Origin: Lama glama
Lineage: Eukaryota
Length of the DNA stretch: 64,000 nt
Reading direction: 5' to 3'
Assembly: GCA_028534125.1 (NCBI GenBank)
Contig: CM052817.1
Coordinates: 50,842,001-50,906,000, forward strand
The position numbers and the translations under genes were made by a program. Of this stretch, positions 27,106 to 41,130 are shown piece by piece (the first letter of the stretch is position 1; each line of letters opens with the position of its first letter). The notes below the pieces were generated by a model, which made no database searches, was not told the DNA's origin, and was given only the letters and a program-made list of their open reading frames with translations.

Positions 27106-27769
27106 TTTGTAATAGTTCTTCATTTTCTGCATGCCCAAGCATTATTTGTTCATTAGTAGTACAGAAATGAACCAGTCTGAGGGTTCCTGAGCTAATGGAG
27201 CCAGGTTGCTGTCCCCCCATGTTCAGAAGAACCCCTCTCTTGGTTTTAAATCTCTGACTTTGCCATCTTGAAATATGTAATGTTATTACTGAGCTTCTAT
27301 TTTGTATTTGAAGGCTGATGTGAAACTGCAATAAGAAAACATGCTCAGAATGGTACATGTAGTCTGCATGTTTCCTTTCTATACCATTAACGTATAGCAT
27401 TCATGAAGCTTCTTGACCCCAGAATTCTGGTGGACCATTGATGTACAAAGATTCAGTGGGACTCAAAGCAAGATAAATAACTTATGGAGGCCACCAACCA
27501 CTTATGCAGAAAATGTTGGCAGAGAAGGAAAGGGGAAGATACTGTAACCCATAGTTCCTTTTCCTTCAGTGCTTCCTTACCTTCAGTAAGCCAAAGCTGG
27601 AGTGTATTGGTAGAATGTGCCTGTATCAAAAGTCAAATAAAAAGAGTGGGGTCGTGTAATGTTTCCACTCTTCTGGGTAGAGTGATATGTATGAACTATT
27701 TAATTTCTTTGTGTGTGTGTGTGTTTTTTTTTCTTTTTGCATGAGTTAAATGTTCCCACGTTTTCATTT

Positions 27770-27980
27770 AAAATGTCATTGCACAATAAAAAGAACTGTA
27801 AAATTGATGCTAATACATTACAAATATTTACTTAGAATTACATTAGATACCAGATAAAAAACATGACAATTTGAAAGAGAGAGATCACAGAAAAAAGAAG
27901 AAAACTTTGCTTAGTGCTTGTTTTTGATCAAGAAGCCTCAAATTTTCACTTTTCACTGGGCCCCATCAATTTTGTAAGTT
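27770..27980. mobile_element. MER45-like hAT-Tip100 fragment
   Basis: Terminus ttttcacttttcactgggccccatcaattttgta. Confidence 0.5.
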
Positions 27981-27984
27981 GCTT

Positions 27985-28460
27985 CACTTAGAGCTTACAT
28001 TCTTAAGAGGAAACAAGCAGTAAAGAAACCATCAGAGTTACAGATATGGAAGTGTTATCACGTAGGAAGGGAATAGATAGTGGTGAGGGGAAAAGGGTAT
28101 TTCAGGTAGGGATTTCAGGGAAAGGATTCGACCTTTTTGAGAACGTGACATTATAGCAGAGACTAGAGTGGTGAGGAGAAGCCAAGCATGGCAGTACGTG
28201 TGGAACACCTAGGAAGGAGGGAACAGCATAGGGAAAAGCCTAGATATATGGGAAGTGGCTTCAGGAGTCCCCCAGATGGAAGAAAAGGCCATTGTGGTGT
28301 GAGCAGAGTGAGCAGAAGCAGATTGTTATGGAGGGGAGGGGAGAGGAGGCAGGACCATTTCAAGGGACAGCCAAGCCCTAGGAATGGGTTTGCGATTTTC
28401 ACTAAGTGGAGTGATTGGAAGCTCCCAGGTTTTTGAGTAGGAAAGTGATGTAGTCGGATA
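27985..28460 (-). mobile_element. L2 fragment
   Basis: gagcttacattct...ggaaggagggaacagcata...aaggccattgtggtgtgagcagagtgagc...ggtttttgagtagg. Confidence 0.7.
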
Positions 28461-28479
28461 AAAATACTTTACACTCCTG

Positions 28480-28625
28480 CTTTTAGTCATATTGAAATGG
28501 AGATTTGGAGGTTTGGGAAGCTTTAATGTCTTGTGTAAGGTTACACAGCTAATGAGCAGGAAAGCCAGGATGAAAAACTAATTAATCTGACTCTAGGGTC
28601 CGTGTATTTATCCACTGTGCGATAG
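28480..28625 (-). mobile_element. MIR fragment
   Basis: aaggttacacagctaatgagcaggaaagccaggatgaaaa...tctgactctag. Confidence 0.65.
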
Positions 28626-29189
28626 TCTGAAAATAGAAACTGCCTGCTGTGAGAGACAGTATGAGCTGAACAATTACGCAGACTGCATCCCGGCTGCTGC
28701 AGTAGGGAGTGTGGTCATTACTGAGGATGGCCTCGGAGTAGAGGAAGAAGACCTGGTGTCTTACTGAGGCAGGGAAGCCAGGGCATCCTGGGGAAGAAGG
28801 GAGGTGATTTCCACGCTGGAATATGAGAGGGCAGGTGAGCCTGTTCCTTGGAACACAAGATGGTACGGGGATTTCTCAACTGCCCTTGCTCTCAAGAAGC
28901 ATAAGTCTCAGGGGCAGTTCACCACTGTCGCTCCATGGCACAACTTTGGCTAAAGCTTTTCCAGCCGCTGTCATTTCAGTTGAACTAGGTAGGCTCTTGG
29001 TATGCTATTTGTTTAGAGTACTTCATAAACAATAACCTCTGGGTTAACATTGAAATAGAAAGTTACTTTATATCCAGAAGGACACAGAAACAGAACAATC
29101 TGTGAAAAAGAAATAGTGAAGCAAATATTTGCCATTTGAAAAATGACACAATTCCTTATTTCCTTGGAAGACTCATCCAAGTGTGTTAC

Positions 29190-29337
29190 ACCTTTTCTAC
29201 TCGAAGTGTGGTCCCAGATAGCTGGGAGCTTGTTTTAAAGGCAGAGCCTTAGGCTTCATTCAGACCTGGTAAACTAGAATCTACTTTTTAGTAGGCTCCT
29301 CAGGTGATTTGGATGCTTAAAATTTGAGAATCACAGC
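29190..29337. mobile_element. MER5A-type hAT-Charlie element
   Basis: ctactcgaagtgtggtccc...ctgggagcttgtt...caggtgatttggatgc...aatttgagaatcac. Confidence 0.75.
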
Positions 29338-30577
29338 TTTGAGGCTGTATAATTCTTTATTCCTGAAACACAGAAGGATTCCTATCACGGACAGAGCAGT
29401 GCTACTAAAGGCAAGAGAAATTGCCAAACACCTTGAATATTTGAAAGACATTTCAAAGTAGCAGTAGATTTATGGAAATGATCAACATGTCCAATACTGT
29501 TGGTGATGTGTAGTGTAATAATTTAATCGATTGCTTTTGTCTTTCTCTGTGGTACATAATGATGTGCATTACAGTAACAGTATATTCAATTCATTGAAAT
29601 ACAGTATTGTCCTCAATTTGTTGATGAGGAAGCATACAGAGAAAGGTATTAAATGGATGCATTCTTTCTATTCTACGAATTACATAAGCCGTAAGATAAT
29701 GAAATAAGAGAGAAAAGAAATGTTAATCCCCACATAATGCTTGGTAGTTTTACAGAAGAAGAGTCGAAGAGCTCTGTTTCTTCCCAGTAGAATAAGAGAG
29801 TTCCATGCCTAGATTTGTCCCTATTTGGGAAATTGCCTTTTTTGTCAACAAAAGAGATACAATAGTCCTTTCTTATGGAGATATGTACCATTTGGACAGA
29901 GTATTCAGATGCAGAATATTGCAAAGGATATCAAGTTACAGGAGATAAGATCCAACTGAAATACCCTAATAGGACATGAATCAGGAGAAAATCATTTATT
30001 TGACTACTAGAGAGAAGCAAATTTTCATAATATTCAAATAATAACTCTTCTGCAATTAAATGGACTTTAAATATGGGCCTATGCCAATACCAAATGGATC
30101 TGCAAACAATGAGTCTGTAGCAAACTTGGAATGATAGCACAGCTTGGAATGACAGACAACATGCATCAAGAAGTCTCTAGATAAGGTTTCCACCTGGTTC
30201 CATATCTCCTTAGAAAGTGGAGATGTCTCTTATGATGACTTTGTAAAGTCCTTAGTGAACCTGTTGAGAATAAATGAACCTGTACTCTCACTAGAGCCTC
30301 ACACAGTTTGCTATGCATAATTATATAAAATGAACATCAAAAGATATACAGGAATCCTAACATAAGTTCTACTTGCTTGTTACTCAGACATGGGTTATAA
30401 ATCTTAACCAGTAAGACTAAGGGGGACTTTCTGGGTTCATTTTCCTCTAGTTTCTGAGGTCTTTGGAAGTGGAGTCCTTTCTTATTTTGTGTTTCTGAAC
30501 CTCAATTTTGTTAACACTGGAAATTTGCCTAGGTACCTACTCCTTGCATCAGGGTTCTTATACTGGAGATTTTGGCC

Positions 30578-30616
30578 ATTGTTTTTGTTTTGTTTGCTTT
30601 GTTTTGTTTTGTTTTT
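30578..30616. repeat. (TTTTG)n-type simple repeat
   Basis: Seen directly. Confidence 0.8.
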
Positions 30617-32269
30617 CAAATTATCCAAAGATCAACCTTTAAGTATTGGCATATAAAATCAATTTCTATGAGAAGAATTGCTTTCCTCAAATTTACTCTA
30701 CAAAATTCTGATTGCCTCCTTTATTTATTTACCCTTGAAATGTTTTGACTTATTTAATATTGTAAATAGAGAATAAATTTTCCAACAATAATGCCATAAA
30801 TTCAGATGGTCTCGTATTTAAAATCCTCTACATATATTATAACAAAAGCCCTTAAAGTGCTTATTTAATTATAATTAAACTGAACAAATTTAGTTCAAAA
30901 TTACATTATGGACACATTTGTATTTGGAATCCACATATGTGCATTTGATAAATTTAGCCAGAGTCCATGGCTGTTATGCGTTGAGATGATAGCATTATGA
31001 GTTGATAAGGCAGTATTTCCCTTGTTCTTCACGAAAGAAATCCACAATTTTATTTTGTTATGTCTTTAGTGTATTTTGTTCAATTTATAATATTATGTTG
31101 AGGGGAAAGAGAGAAAATATTCAAAATGTAAAAATAGATCTACAAAGAATTCTTTCCCCTGATTTCCTGAGTATGAACGAGTAGCCAGGTCCGGGTTTAC
31201 TTGCCAGAGTCCACTGACAACAAGAAGTAACTTTCCATGTGTATGTAATTCATATAGTTGGTAAATACTGGCTCTGAAAATATTACTGTCAGGTACCAGG
31301 TTAAGCACCTCATAATTATTTCACATAGAGATGTTGAATGAGCACCCAAAAAATACCAAGTATGTTAGTCATCGACATGTTGCAAAGGTGTTCTCTTCTC
31401 TGTAATTTTTTTAAACAGTGAATCATTTAAAGATTAGAGGTGAGGTTTGTCCTGAAACTGTTTTCTGTTTTGAGAGGGATATAGTGGCTACAATGAGATC
31501 TTTAAAGCTTAAAGATGACTAATTCTTCTTAGATACCTAGACATTTCTTAAAAACCACTTGGCTAAATAAAGTAGTAATTAATCAGAAATAATTTTTTTT
31601 CCAAAACTGCACTGATTTAAAATGAAGTTAAGGAAAAAATATTCTTATGATCTGTGTCACAATACTTTCAGGATTATCAAAGAACACAATATTTAAAGAT
31701 AGTTTAAGAAATATTGGACAGAGACATGGACTAAGTATCAGATTTGCAGCAGACACTACCTGCATGATGTCACTTAGTGCACACAGCATCTTTAACATTT
31801 TGTATTTAGAGAAACAGAAGCAAAACCAAAAAATAACTCACTTCCTTAACATCACCTAAATGGTAAATAATGGGATAGATTTTGAAATAATTGTTCCAGG
31901 TTTCTCACTTGATGATTTTACTACATACAGAAGATGGATAAATCTTACATAAGAAGAACTTTTAATTTCCTATTGATCTTAATTAATGATTTATCATGTA
32001 CCTGTAAGTAAGAGATTATTAGTTATCTAAACTGGTAAATCAATAGCTATTCCCATGTAAGAAATAAATAAAACAAGTTAAGCCAGAAGAGGGAAAAGGG
32101 AACCTGGAAAGGGAGAAGGAGAGTATTTTCATGTTGGCTCCACATTTTGGTCTCTGTGGTTCAGTGTAATGATAAAGTATCTCTTTTATTTCAGTTTTCT
32201 TTTATATTATGTTTCTTGATTCCTTTCAACCTTGCTTGCTACTCAGACAAGCTTTGAACCAAGTGACCT

Positions 32270-32415
32270 ATGGATTAGAAATGCCAGTGTCACCCTGGAG
32301 CTTGCTTAAAGTACTTAAACCTCACCCCAGACTCACCTGAAGTAGGAACTATGTTTTACAAGATCCTGAGATAACTTAAAAGAGTCTTGATGTTTGCGGA
32401 AAGCTAGTCCACAGC
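32270..32415. mobile_element. Degenerate MER5-type element
   Basis: tcaccctggagcttgctt...cctcaccccagactcacctgaa...ttttacaagatcc. Confidence 0.5.
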
Positions 32416-35400
32416 ATGTTAATTCCCAAGGTATGAATATGCAAATCTGTGACCACAGCTGAGAAAGTAGATCACTCCCAAAAGGTCCTTGAGGCAAGTA
32501 TGGACAAGGGCAATAATGCAAATTGTTTCATAAGGATGGATCAGTCCATATACTGTGTTTTTAGTGTCGTATTCAATTCATGCAGTCACTGAATAGTTTT
32601 TTAAAACAAAGCTTCCATCATTCTCCAGATGGATAGCTCCTTTGGGGCTTGTTTCCTGAAGGCCTTTTGGAATACACTGCCAGAGTCCCGCTTATGACCC
32701 TCCTATGCAGACGCAGTCCTATCACTATTGACTCCATCTACAGTGATGTGACTGAAATCAATCATTTACATCTCTCAAAACCAGAGCATGTGATTTACCC
32801 CTCCAGTCATCCTTATGCCCTCTGAACATGGTGGTTTTAAAACAATGCTCATCTTTTCAATTTAAATATTTCTTGTCTTTTCATATAAGGAATTCTGATT
32901 ATCATGGATATTTTAGTTTAATGGAGATTATTTACGTAAAATAAAATTATATGAAATTAAAAAAAACAAATATCTTAAACTGTAAGCATGGATAAAAAAT
33001 GGATTTTATTTCACATTCCTGAAATAAATATAAATTTCAGCCAGAAAAATTCTAACCATTTGATTTGACTCTGTTTACTCACTGGTAAGCGTGATATTTA
33101 TAGTACCTTTCATTTAGAATGGAAATAGGCAAAACTTTGAAATACAGCTCCTAAACATATCTCAGTTATTATTATGATATGTTTTCCTTTATTCAAATGG
33201 CAAATGGAATAAATTCTTCCAACTTAGAAGAAGCAAAGTATAGTTATTTCCAAAGAAAGAGCCTCATAATAAAGTAATTAAACATTTCTGGTTTAAAAAA
33301 TAACCGTCTTATGATTTGGGACATGACAAAGAGCTGGGTTTCACAAATGAGTCAATCAAATTTAAAAAAAAATAAAATTAAATAACAGAAAAGGGAAGTT
33401 GATTTGGAGAAAGCAAACACTGGAATGTTTAAATATTACTGAAGTTGGTAGAACATATGAAGTTATTCAAGAAGTGTAGCAACAAGAAATATTATTTGAT
33501 TAAGGATAAATGAACAAATAAGCAAATGATATAATTGAAATATTACACATATTTCAAAAATTTAACCTTTACTCTGACAAGTTGAAACATGAAGGTAGTG
33601 ACTCATCCTGACTCTAATACCATAAAAATAAAATATTAATATAATGCTAATTGTGTGTACAAAATGTTATCTAATTAGCATTTTAAATGAAATCAGAGTA
33701 AGTCTTCAATTTGCTGTTAAATTAAAATTACTTCAAATTTGCTTTTGAAAAAAAGCAAGAGGAAGGGAAGTTAACAAATGAGGTACTATATTTGATTATT
33801 TAAACATGCCTCAATTAATCTCATTAATTCTTTGCTGTGAGTATTACTCAAACTTAATAGAAAAGGAAACAAGTTCAGAGAGGTAGATCCTTTGGAAAAA
33901 CCCAGTTCATGGAAGAGTTTCAAATTTCAAATGGAAATGTGATTTTGAAACATCTCCTTTGTCCTATAAGATGTTCTAATTAATCAAGGCATAAACAAAT
34001 GCTATTTTTCAGGTGTCTGGATTTGGGAAAGATTATCTGATAAATAATGATATTAAGAAGTAATAAGTAACATACCAGTCTAAGCTACAACTTACTGTCT
34101 GAATATGATCCTGGTTGCATGATTAGTTATTTTCTTTAAAAATTTGCTTTAAAAATTTCAAATCTGACCTTGACTGCATTTTCTTCTCCCTTTCCTGTCT
34201 GTCCATTTTGCAACTTATTTATTTTTTTTAGGAAACACGAATAAGAAAAATCACCAAAGATATTTATTATAGTTATCATAAAATTAATATCATTATTGCT
34301 GAAATGAAAACCAATTCTGACTAAGCTAATGGAAACATTTTAAATATCTCTAAAATGGACAGATAAACAAACTTATGTGTCATAGAGCTAAAAATAAACC
34401 CCCAAAGCTAGTCTAATCCAACCAATGCTTCTGGAAATCTTTGAAGGAGCTACCATTCTTCTAGAATGGATTTCATGAGTTATTTTTTTTCTTTACTTGG
34501 CTCACCTAAGGTTCAGAGATCTTTGGTAGATGCAGCCGATTAGCGGAGCCTGGTTCTTTCTAGCAACTAGAGGCTAGAAAATGTATCTGGCTTCTGATAG
34601 TATTTCTATATTCCACTAAGATTCCTAAATGAAGTAATCACTATATGTACAATAGGATTTCAGTGTGCTATGTAGGCAAACAATTGCCAATGTTATCTTC
34701 TACATCATGAAATTATATAGAACATAAATTTGTTATCTTTTTTACTCAAGATTTACAAATTAAATTCAATGGGAAGACCTATAAAATTTAGGAAAAATGG
34801 TTTCAATCTTACATTTACTGAAGCATTCATATCTAAAATGGATCTTTGAATTCTTAACTTGTAGCACTTATTAAAACATTATTCACATTCTCTAGGCTGG
34901 GCTTCAAAAGGGTTACAGTGACTACATTTTACCATTTTTATCAGAACACTTTGGAGAGTAAAATGAAGTGCAATAGACAGTAGTCTGCAATCCAGGACTG
35001 TTGTGGACAGCTGGTATATAAGATCACTGTAAGTGTCCAGGGACATTCTCTAGGGGTATGTACTAGAAAGTCACAAGTGACTGATCAACTACAGATCAAC
35101 TACAAACTCTTTCACCATCAAGAGAGAAGGGAATTAGGAGGCAATATTGAACCATGTAGTTCAAGACCATAAACTGTGATCTGTAGTTGTGAACAAAAGT
35201 TTAGGTGTCTGTGATCAGGAAACCTGCTATTCCAAATGTCTCTGAACGCACATACAAATTTGTTAAATGGATGCATTAACACACAATTTGGCCACCGTCT
35301 CTGCTGAAATTTCCTCCCAGCACTAACTGTTGCTGCTGAAAATTCCCGGACTCTACAACCTTACTTGGTAGAGGAAAAGACAAAACAAAACAAAAAAACA

Positions 35401-35749
35401 AAAACAACAACAACAAAAAGACAAAAGTAGCAGGAAGAAAGCTTCTGTCTCTCTCAGGAATAGATTTACTCTAGATCCAATTTTGCATCTGGAACTGAGA
35501 TCCAAGGGCATCTGGGAAATGCAGGTTTTAACTTTTCGGCTCCATCAGTATCAGAGGGCTCCGTGAAGGAAGCTGATAAAAACACTGGCCAACCCCATCT
35601 ACCATACCACCTGCAGTGTTCCACTCACTGTTGTTCTCCTCACTCTGTCCCATTCACACACAGACCTCCAGTTCTGGTTAAATTCAACTCTTTGACATCA
35701 CCCGTGCTACTGTACAAGGTTGGAGAAGCACTCACTCTGACTTTTCTAA

Positions 35750-36960
35750 CTTAAAAATCATGACCATGAAACATGTTGGAGAGTCATGCTGCGCCCATTC
35801 TACCGTATTTTGCTGTTCCATGCACTGGTTCATTCTCCTGAATAATGCAAACTGCATTTGCTGTTCTCATTCATCCCCTGCTCTCTACTCCTCCCTCACT
35901 CTCAGTTAATGACCTTACTTTTTATTTCTTTGAATTATAAGAATCAAAGAGAAGTTCCACAACATATACTACCACCCACTCACCAACATTCCTACCTCAC
36001 CACACACCCTGCCTCCCTCCTGTTACTAAACATGAACTTTTCATGCTCTTAAGGCTGAACCCTTTCTTTTTGTATTAATCCCATCATTTCTAACACACTT
36101 ATGTATATCGTGTTAACAGTTACATTATCTCCTACATAATTACTTTTTAGTTTTCTATTGACTCTTTCCTATTAACATATAAACAGTTTATAATTACCCA
36201 TTATAGAAAAATCCTCATGACATCATCTTTTTCTGTTAATTTTCACAGCAAAACTCTTGAAATGTTTTTCTATACTTGTTTCCTAATCAAGCTTTTGCCC
36301 TTATCACTTCATTGGAACTACTTTTGTAAATGTCTCTAATTTTTTTTTTTCTTTTTCTTTTTGGATGGGGAGGTAATTAGGTTTGTTTATTTATTTAAAT
36401 GGAGGTACTGGAATCCTCTCTTCTCTATTTACATTAGCTCACATTAACTCCCTTAATAACTTATTCTATTTATAATATTTAAATAACCCTTGTAATTGAT
36501 GGATTCCTTATTTATAACTCCACCTGTGAAACCCTGATTAATATGCCCAAGTACAAATTTGTTATCTCTTGTAAAACTCTAATAAACATTTCAAATTTAA
36601 GAGGTTGAATATAAAACTTGTTCGAAAATTTCCCTTCTGAAAGCTATTCTGGCAATTTTCTCCATCACAGAATATGGCAACACTGTTATTCCTAGTTGCT
36701 TAAATAAAAAAATATTGAAGTAATCCTTAATTCTTTCTATGCTTTCTCACTTCCACATTCATTTTTTTTGACAAATCCTCTCTGCTTTGCTTTCAAAATT
36801 ACATACAGAATTATAACACTACTTGCTACCTCTATAACTATCAACTCCAATTCAAAAACATTATCATCACCTACAAGTTCCCTACTGTTTTTACTCCTTC
36901 CACAATTTATTTGCATCCTACAGTTTGTTCTCAACACACAGGCTAATAAAATTATTTACA
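35750..36960 (+). mobile_element. L2 fragment, interrupted by a SINE tail
   Basis: Pyrimidine-rich L2 motifs: ttcacagcaaaactcttgaaa, atggcaacactgttattcctagttgct, tgctttcaaaattacatacagaat. Confidence 0.7.
36339..36411 (-). mobile_element. 5'-truncated camelid-type SINE (tail only)
   Basis: Poly-T then ggggaggtaattaggtttgtttatttatttaaatggaggtactgg. Shares aatggaggtact with the 42.7 kb SINE. Confidence 0.75.
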
Positions 36961-37254
36961 TTTATACATGTATGTCTAGGTATTTCCAGATTATACACAT
37001 CTCATGTCAATCCTTTCCTCAATTCTCTAGGTCTCTTGAGTGGCAAGAATAGTATCTTGCACATACTAGGTATTTACATTTTTGTTGTTGTTAAATGCAG
37101 ATGTCACGAGCATTTTCAAGTTGCCTCGTGGTCTAAAATAACTGTTATTACTATAACCACCATATTCACTTCTGGGCTTGAAGAAGAAAAATGACAAAGA
37201 CATTTGCCCAATAACTTTGTAAAGGAACATTTCCAAAATTTCACAGAAAAACAT

Positions 37255-37745
37255 CGACTTTCATATTATTGGTCATTCCCACTATCAATAAACAGCATAG
37301 ATGTTTCCTCCCCTTGAATCTGGGCAGGCTTGTGATTACAGCAGAATTGACACTGTACAAGTTCCAAACCTAGTTCAGAAAAGGCACTACCATGATCTTC
37401 TGGTTCCTTTGGTACATTTGCTCTTGTAACCTAGTTATCATGCTGTGAGGAAGCCCAGGCTGCACTGAAAGGCCATGTGTGGGTACTCTTGCAATAGCTC
37501 TTCTGGTTATCTCAGGTGAAAGCCAGCATTAAGCATGTGCATGAAACTCTTCTAAATAATAACACCCTCCAACTATCAGGTCTTCCTAGCTAAGGCCCCT
37601 GATTGCATAGATCAGAGACAAGGCACCCTCACTGTACCTTGTTCAAATTAATGGCTCCCAAAATCTATGAACCTAATATAATGGTTGTTTTAGCTTCGCT
37701 AATATTCTGCCACAATCTTCTATATGATTGTACTTTCTGAAACAT
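37255..37745 (+). mobile_element. MaLR LTR (MLT1F/G/H-like)
   Basis: cccttgaatctgggcaggcttgtga...catgctgtgaggaagcccaggc...atggttgttttag...ctgaaaca. Confidence 0.75.
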
Positions 37746-37849
37746 GGATATAGTTTTACCTTTTTAATAATGGGTGTATGATTGGTTAAAGTATTAAGAC
37801 CTTTCATACTAGATCTGTAATTATTTTACCTTGGGGCCATACTTTTTGA

Positions 37850-38340
37850 CCAGGCTTAGGGTTGTTTCTTCAAAATTACCTCTTGGCAGTCAGTATTCCA
37901 GTGCTTTGCTCTCCGATAGCCGTTAGTATTGCAGTTCAGGAGTCTGATGCCACCTGATTCTCAATATTTTGCTGAAATGGTTTTTTTCCTCCTCTGGAAG
38001 ATTTTAGAATCTTTTCTTTATATCCTCAGGGCTGCAAAATTGCATCATAGTCTGTCTCAGCAAGAGACTTTTTAATTCATTAAACTGAGCACTCAGCAGA
38101 TACTGTTAATCTTGAAAACATATTTTTCCCAGTTCTGTGGACTAATGTTGAACTTCTTGGGTAATTTCTCTCCCACAATTTTATTTGTTTTCTCTTTGAG
38201 GAATTCCTATTATTAAAATGTTGGGCTGCTTAGATTAATCCTCTGGCTTTCTTTACTTTTCTTGCTTTTACATCAACTTTCTGAAATGTGTTCTCAATTT
38301 TAATTTCCAAATGTTCTTTTTCCTTTGTATTCTTTGCACT
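37850..38340 (-). mobile_element. Old L1/HAL1-like ORF1-region fragment
   Basis: gagtctgatgccacctgattctc...ctctggaagattttagaatctttt...ggaattcctattattaaaatgttgg. Confidence 0.6.
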
Positions 38341-38978
38341 TTCCTCTTTTAAAAAAAAGAAAAATGTATGTACTGCGGCAGTGTTTTTATATGTAAGGTT
38401 AGCTAATTAAAGTAAAAGCATCTACTACACAGTGTAAATGGGTTTTCTAGGGCAGATTTTTATTTTTCTGGAATTTCAAATAGCCTTTGATAGAGCCCTA
38501 ATAAGATAGGAAGCTTGTGCTCTCTTTGTAATACCTAAAAATCCTTTTCATTCCTTAATTATAAAATCTTTTTTAAAATGTAGTGTCTGAATTATTTTAA
38601 GTTTATTGTAAGGAAAACATCACAGTTGCCAGTTTTTTGCATGTATGGGATGTGAAAACTGCAGAGCAAAGATGAAAACATTCTCTCTTTAGCTTTCCGT
38701 CAATTATTCACATGGATCTGTGTCACTTCCCTTTTCAACCTTGTGATCTTGCAGATTCGCATTAGAATTCTTTCCAAAACTGTCAGAAAAATGATACTGG
38801 CTTTTACCACTGCTTTCTCCTCCATGTATTCTTTGGTTTTTTGATTTTGTTTTTTCCTTTTCCGATTATCTATCAAAACAATGTCATACATTCCACAATT
38901 TTTCAAAGTGCATTATCTAGTGACATCTTTATTTCTTCATGTCCTTGGCACTCTAAAAGGGCATCAAGAAGGTTCACA

Positions 38979-39632
38979 TAGGAAAGCCAAGGCAGCGCCT
39001 GTGTTCTGTCCTCCCTCCTAGGCAAGGAGCCTACTAGAGAATAGGTTCTTGTCTCATGGCAGAAAGAATTCAGAGAGGAGACATGAAGGTCTAGAAGACA
39101 ATGTGAGGATTTGTTAAGCAACAGTATACTCTCAAGGGGAGAGTAGGCCGACTCAGGTGAGTAAGCTGCCCAGGTTTCTTTGGTAAACTGGTTATATGGG
39201 GTGTAGAAATGAAAGGGCAGAATATTCATTGAGGAGGGAGGAGTTTTAGGTCATATTTCCTGATTTTTATCCCAGCTCCACCTTCCTGAGGGGAGGAGGG
39301 ATTTTTGTCCTCATTTAGTCTTAATTGGAAGTGTCATGGTGTTAGTGCATGATGGGTACTTCTTATCTGCAAGGTTAATTTCATTGTAATGAGGACATAA
39401 TGAGCAAAAGGTTTCATTCAGATGGCAAACATTCTCACCTTTTCCCATGTTTCTTTGTCTGCCTCTAGGACCCTTGTCACCACAAAATGTGTGGTTTCCT
39501 GTCAGTCTAGTGATTCCTGCTTTCCTTTGTCTGTCCAAGGACCCCCCACTCTTTACAAGATGTATGGTCTCCTGCCACATGGCCCATACCCCTCTTTCTC
39601 TATTCATATCTAGCTGTCCACCTGTTCTAACA
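38979..39632 (-). mobile_element. Solo LTR, ERV1-like
   Basis: Right end cctgttctaaca. ggttcttgtctcatggcagaaagaattcag near the left end. ggttatatgggg gives a minus-strand TATA. The left terminus is eroded. Confidence 0.75.
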
Positions 39633-39777
39633 GAGCTAAACCAGTTGTTATACTTGCTTATTTATTCTATCTCAATAGGGAGCAGATATTCATAATAACA
39701 GAAGACTGAAAACTTATCACAGAAGAAATATAGGTGCTTCTCAAAGCAGCTGCTTTAAATGATTTGACATGGGAGTG

Positions 39778-39867
39778 ACTTTTTTTTTCTTTCTTTTCCT
39801 CTTCCTTTTCTTTTCTCTTTCCTTTTCTTTTTCTTTCTTTTTCCTTCCCCTTTTTTTCTCTTTTTTG
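39778..39867. repeat. Polypyrimidine (TTTTC)n-like tract
   Basis: Seen directly. Confidence 0.85.
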
Positions 39868-40049
39868 CTAAGGGCATAAAATATCTATTGAGATACAGCA
39901 GATTTTTTACATAGTTGAAAAACAACTATGTTCTCCTAAAATTAACTGAAAGATGAACTATCCTTTGACTGGTAGAAGAGTTTTATATAAGCATTAAAAA
40001 TTGGCAACCGCACTGAAAGAGATTCCATTGATAAAATGTTTTAGAATTT

Positions 40050-41130
40050 TAGCATTCAAAGAGATTACTTCCACCGAAGGACAATATAAAAAGGCATTAA
40101 TGTGAAGGCAGCATTTGTGAGGGAGAAGCACGATTTGGCATGTAAAGGAGGGAAAGGAAATGGAGAGTTTTCTGGAAAACAAAAAAGGAGAACCATAAAG
40201 AAGTCGGAGAAGTTGGGAAGTAGAAAATACTCAAGGAGATTGTGGATAGTGAAGTTTAATTAGAGCAAAAGGCGTATGTAAACAAATGGCAAAAAAAAAA
40301 ATCATAGGCTGTGACCATAGCATAGAATGTGTGCTTTATTCTGAACCCTATAAGCAATAGATTGAGTATTGAATGTATGAAATGAAGTGACAAAATAAGA
40401 TTTGTGCTTTAGGGAGATTATTTTAGGAACACTGAACAAATTAGAGAAGTTTTTACATAATGAAGAGAGAGTAGCTACTTTAAGAATGGATTGATGGTAC
40501 AACTGAAACATATTCAGGAAATCAGGTTGACAGAACATATCAAGTCACTGAATGTAGCAAGTAAAGAGAGAAACCAATTAAAGTTTTGAGCCAGGATGTC
40601 TAGGAATTTGGTGAAGCATTTTACCAATGGGTATGAGAAGAAGAGTAATATATTCTATTTTTGATATGTTACTTTTATAAATTTGGAAGGATATATATAT
40701 ATACACATTTGTTGAGACATATAGCAAGCTATAGGTGAAATGTATGAATGGAATTTTTAAAATATGACTGGGCAATTGATACATATTATAAAATATCTAT
40801 AAAACATGTATAATCAATGCTTTTAGAAATAAAAATACTTCCAAGGTAGCATATACAGTAAGAAGTGAGAACAAAATATAAAAGAAGAGCAAGAGACTCA
40901 ATGAGTTTAACTTTATTTGGGGAGCTGAAAAAGACAGAAGCTTCAGAGGCAGCAGCTTCCTAAGAGGCAAGAGAAGGTCTGGGAGGTAATTTTGTCCTGG
41001 AGGTCAAAGGCAGAGAGAGTTTCAAGAATCAAAGGCAATAGTGATCAAATAACTGTAGGGGCAACCACAGAAGAATAAGTTTAAAGAGAAGGTCATTGAA
41101 TTTCATTACCAAGAGTCAATTAACCTCTGG
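40050..41130 (-). mobile_element. Degenerate L2 fragment
   Basis: Purine-rich. aagttttgagccaggatgtctagg and gtcctggaggtcaaaggcagagagagtttcaagaa. Confidence 0.6.
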
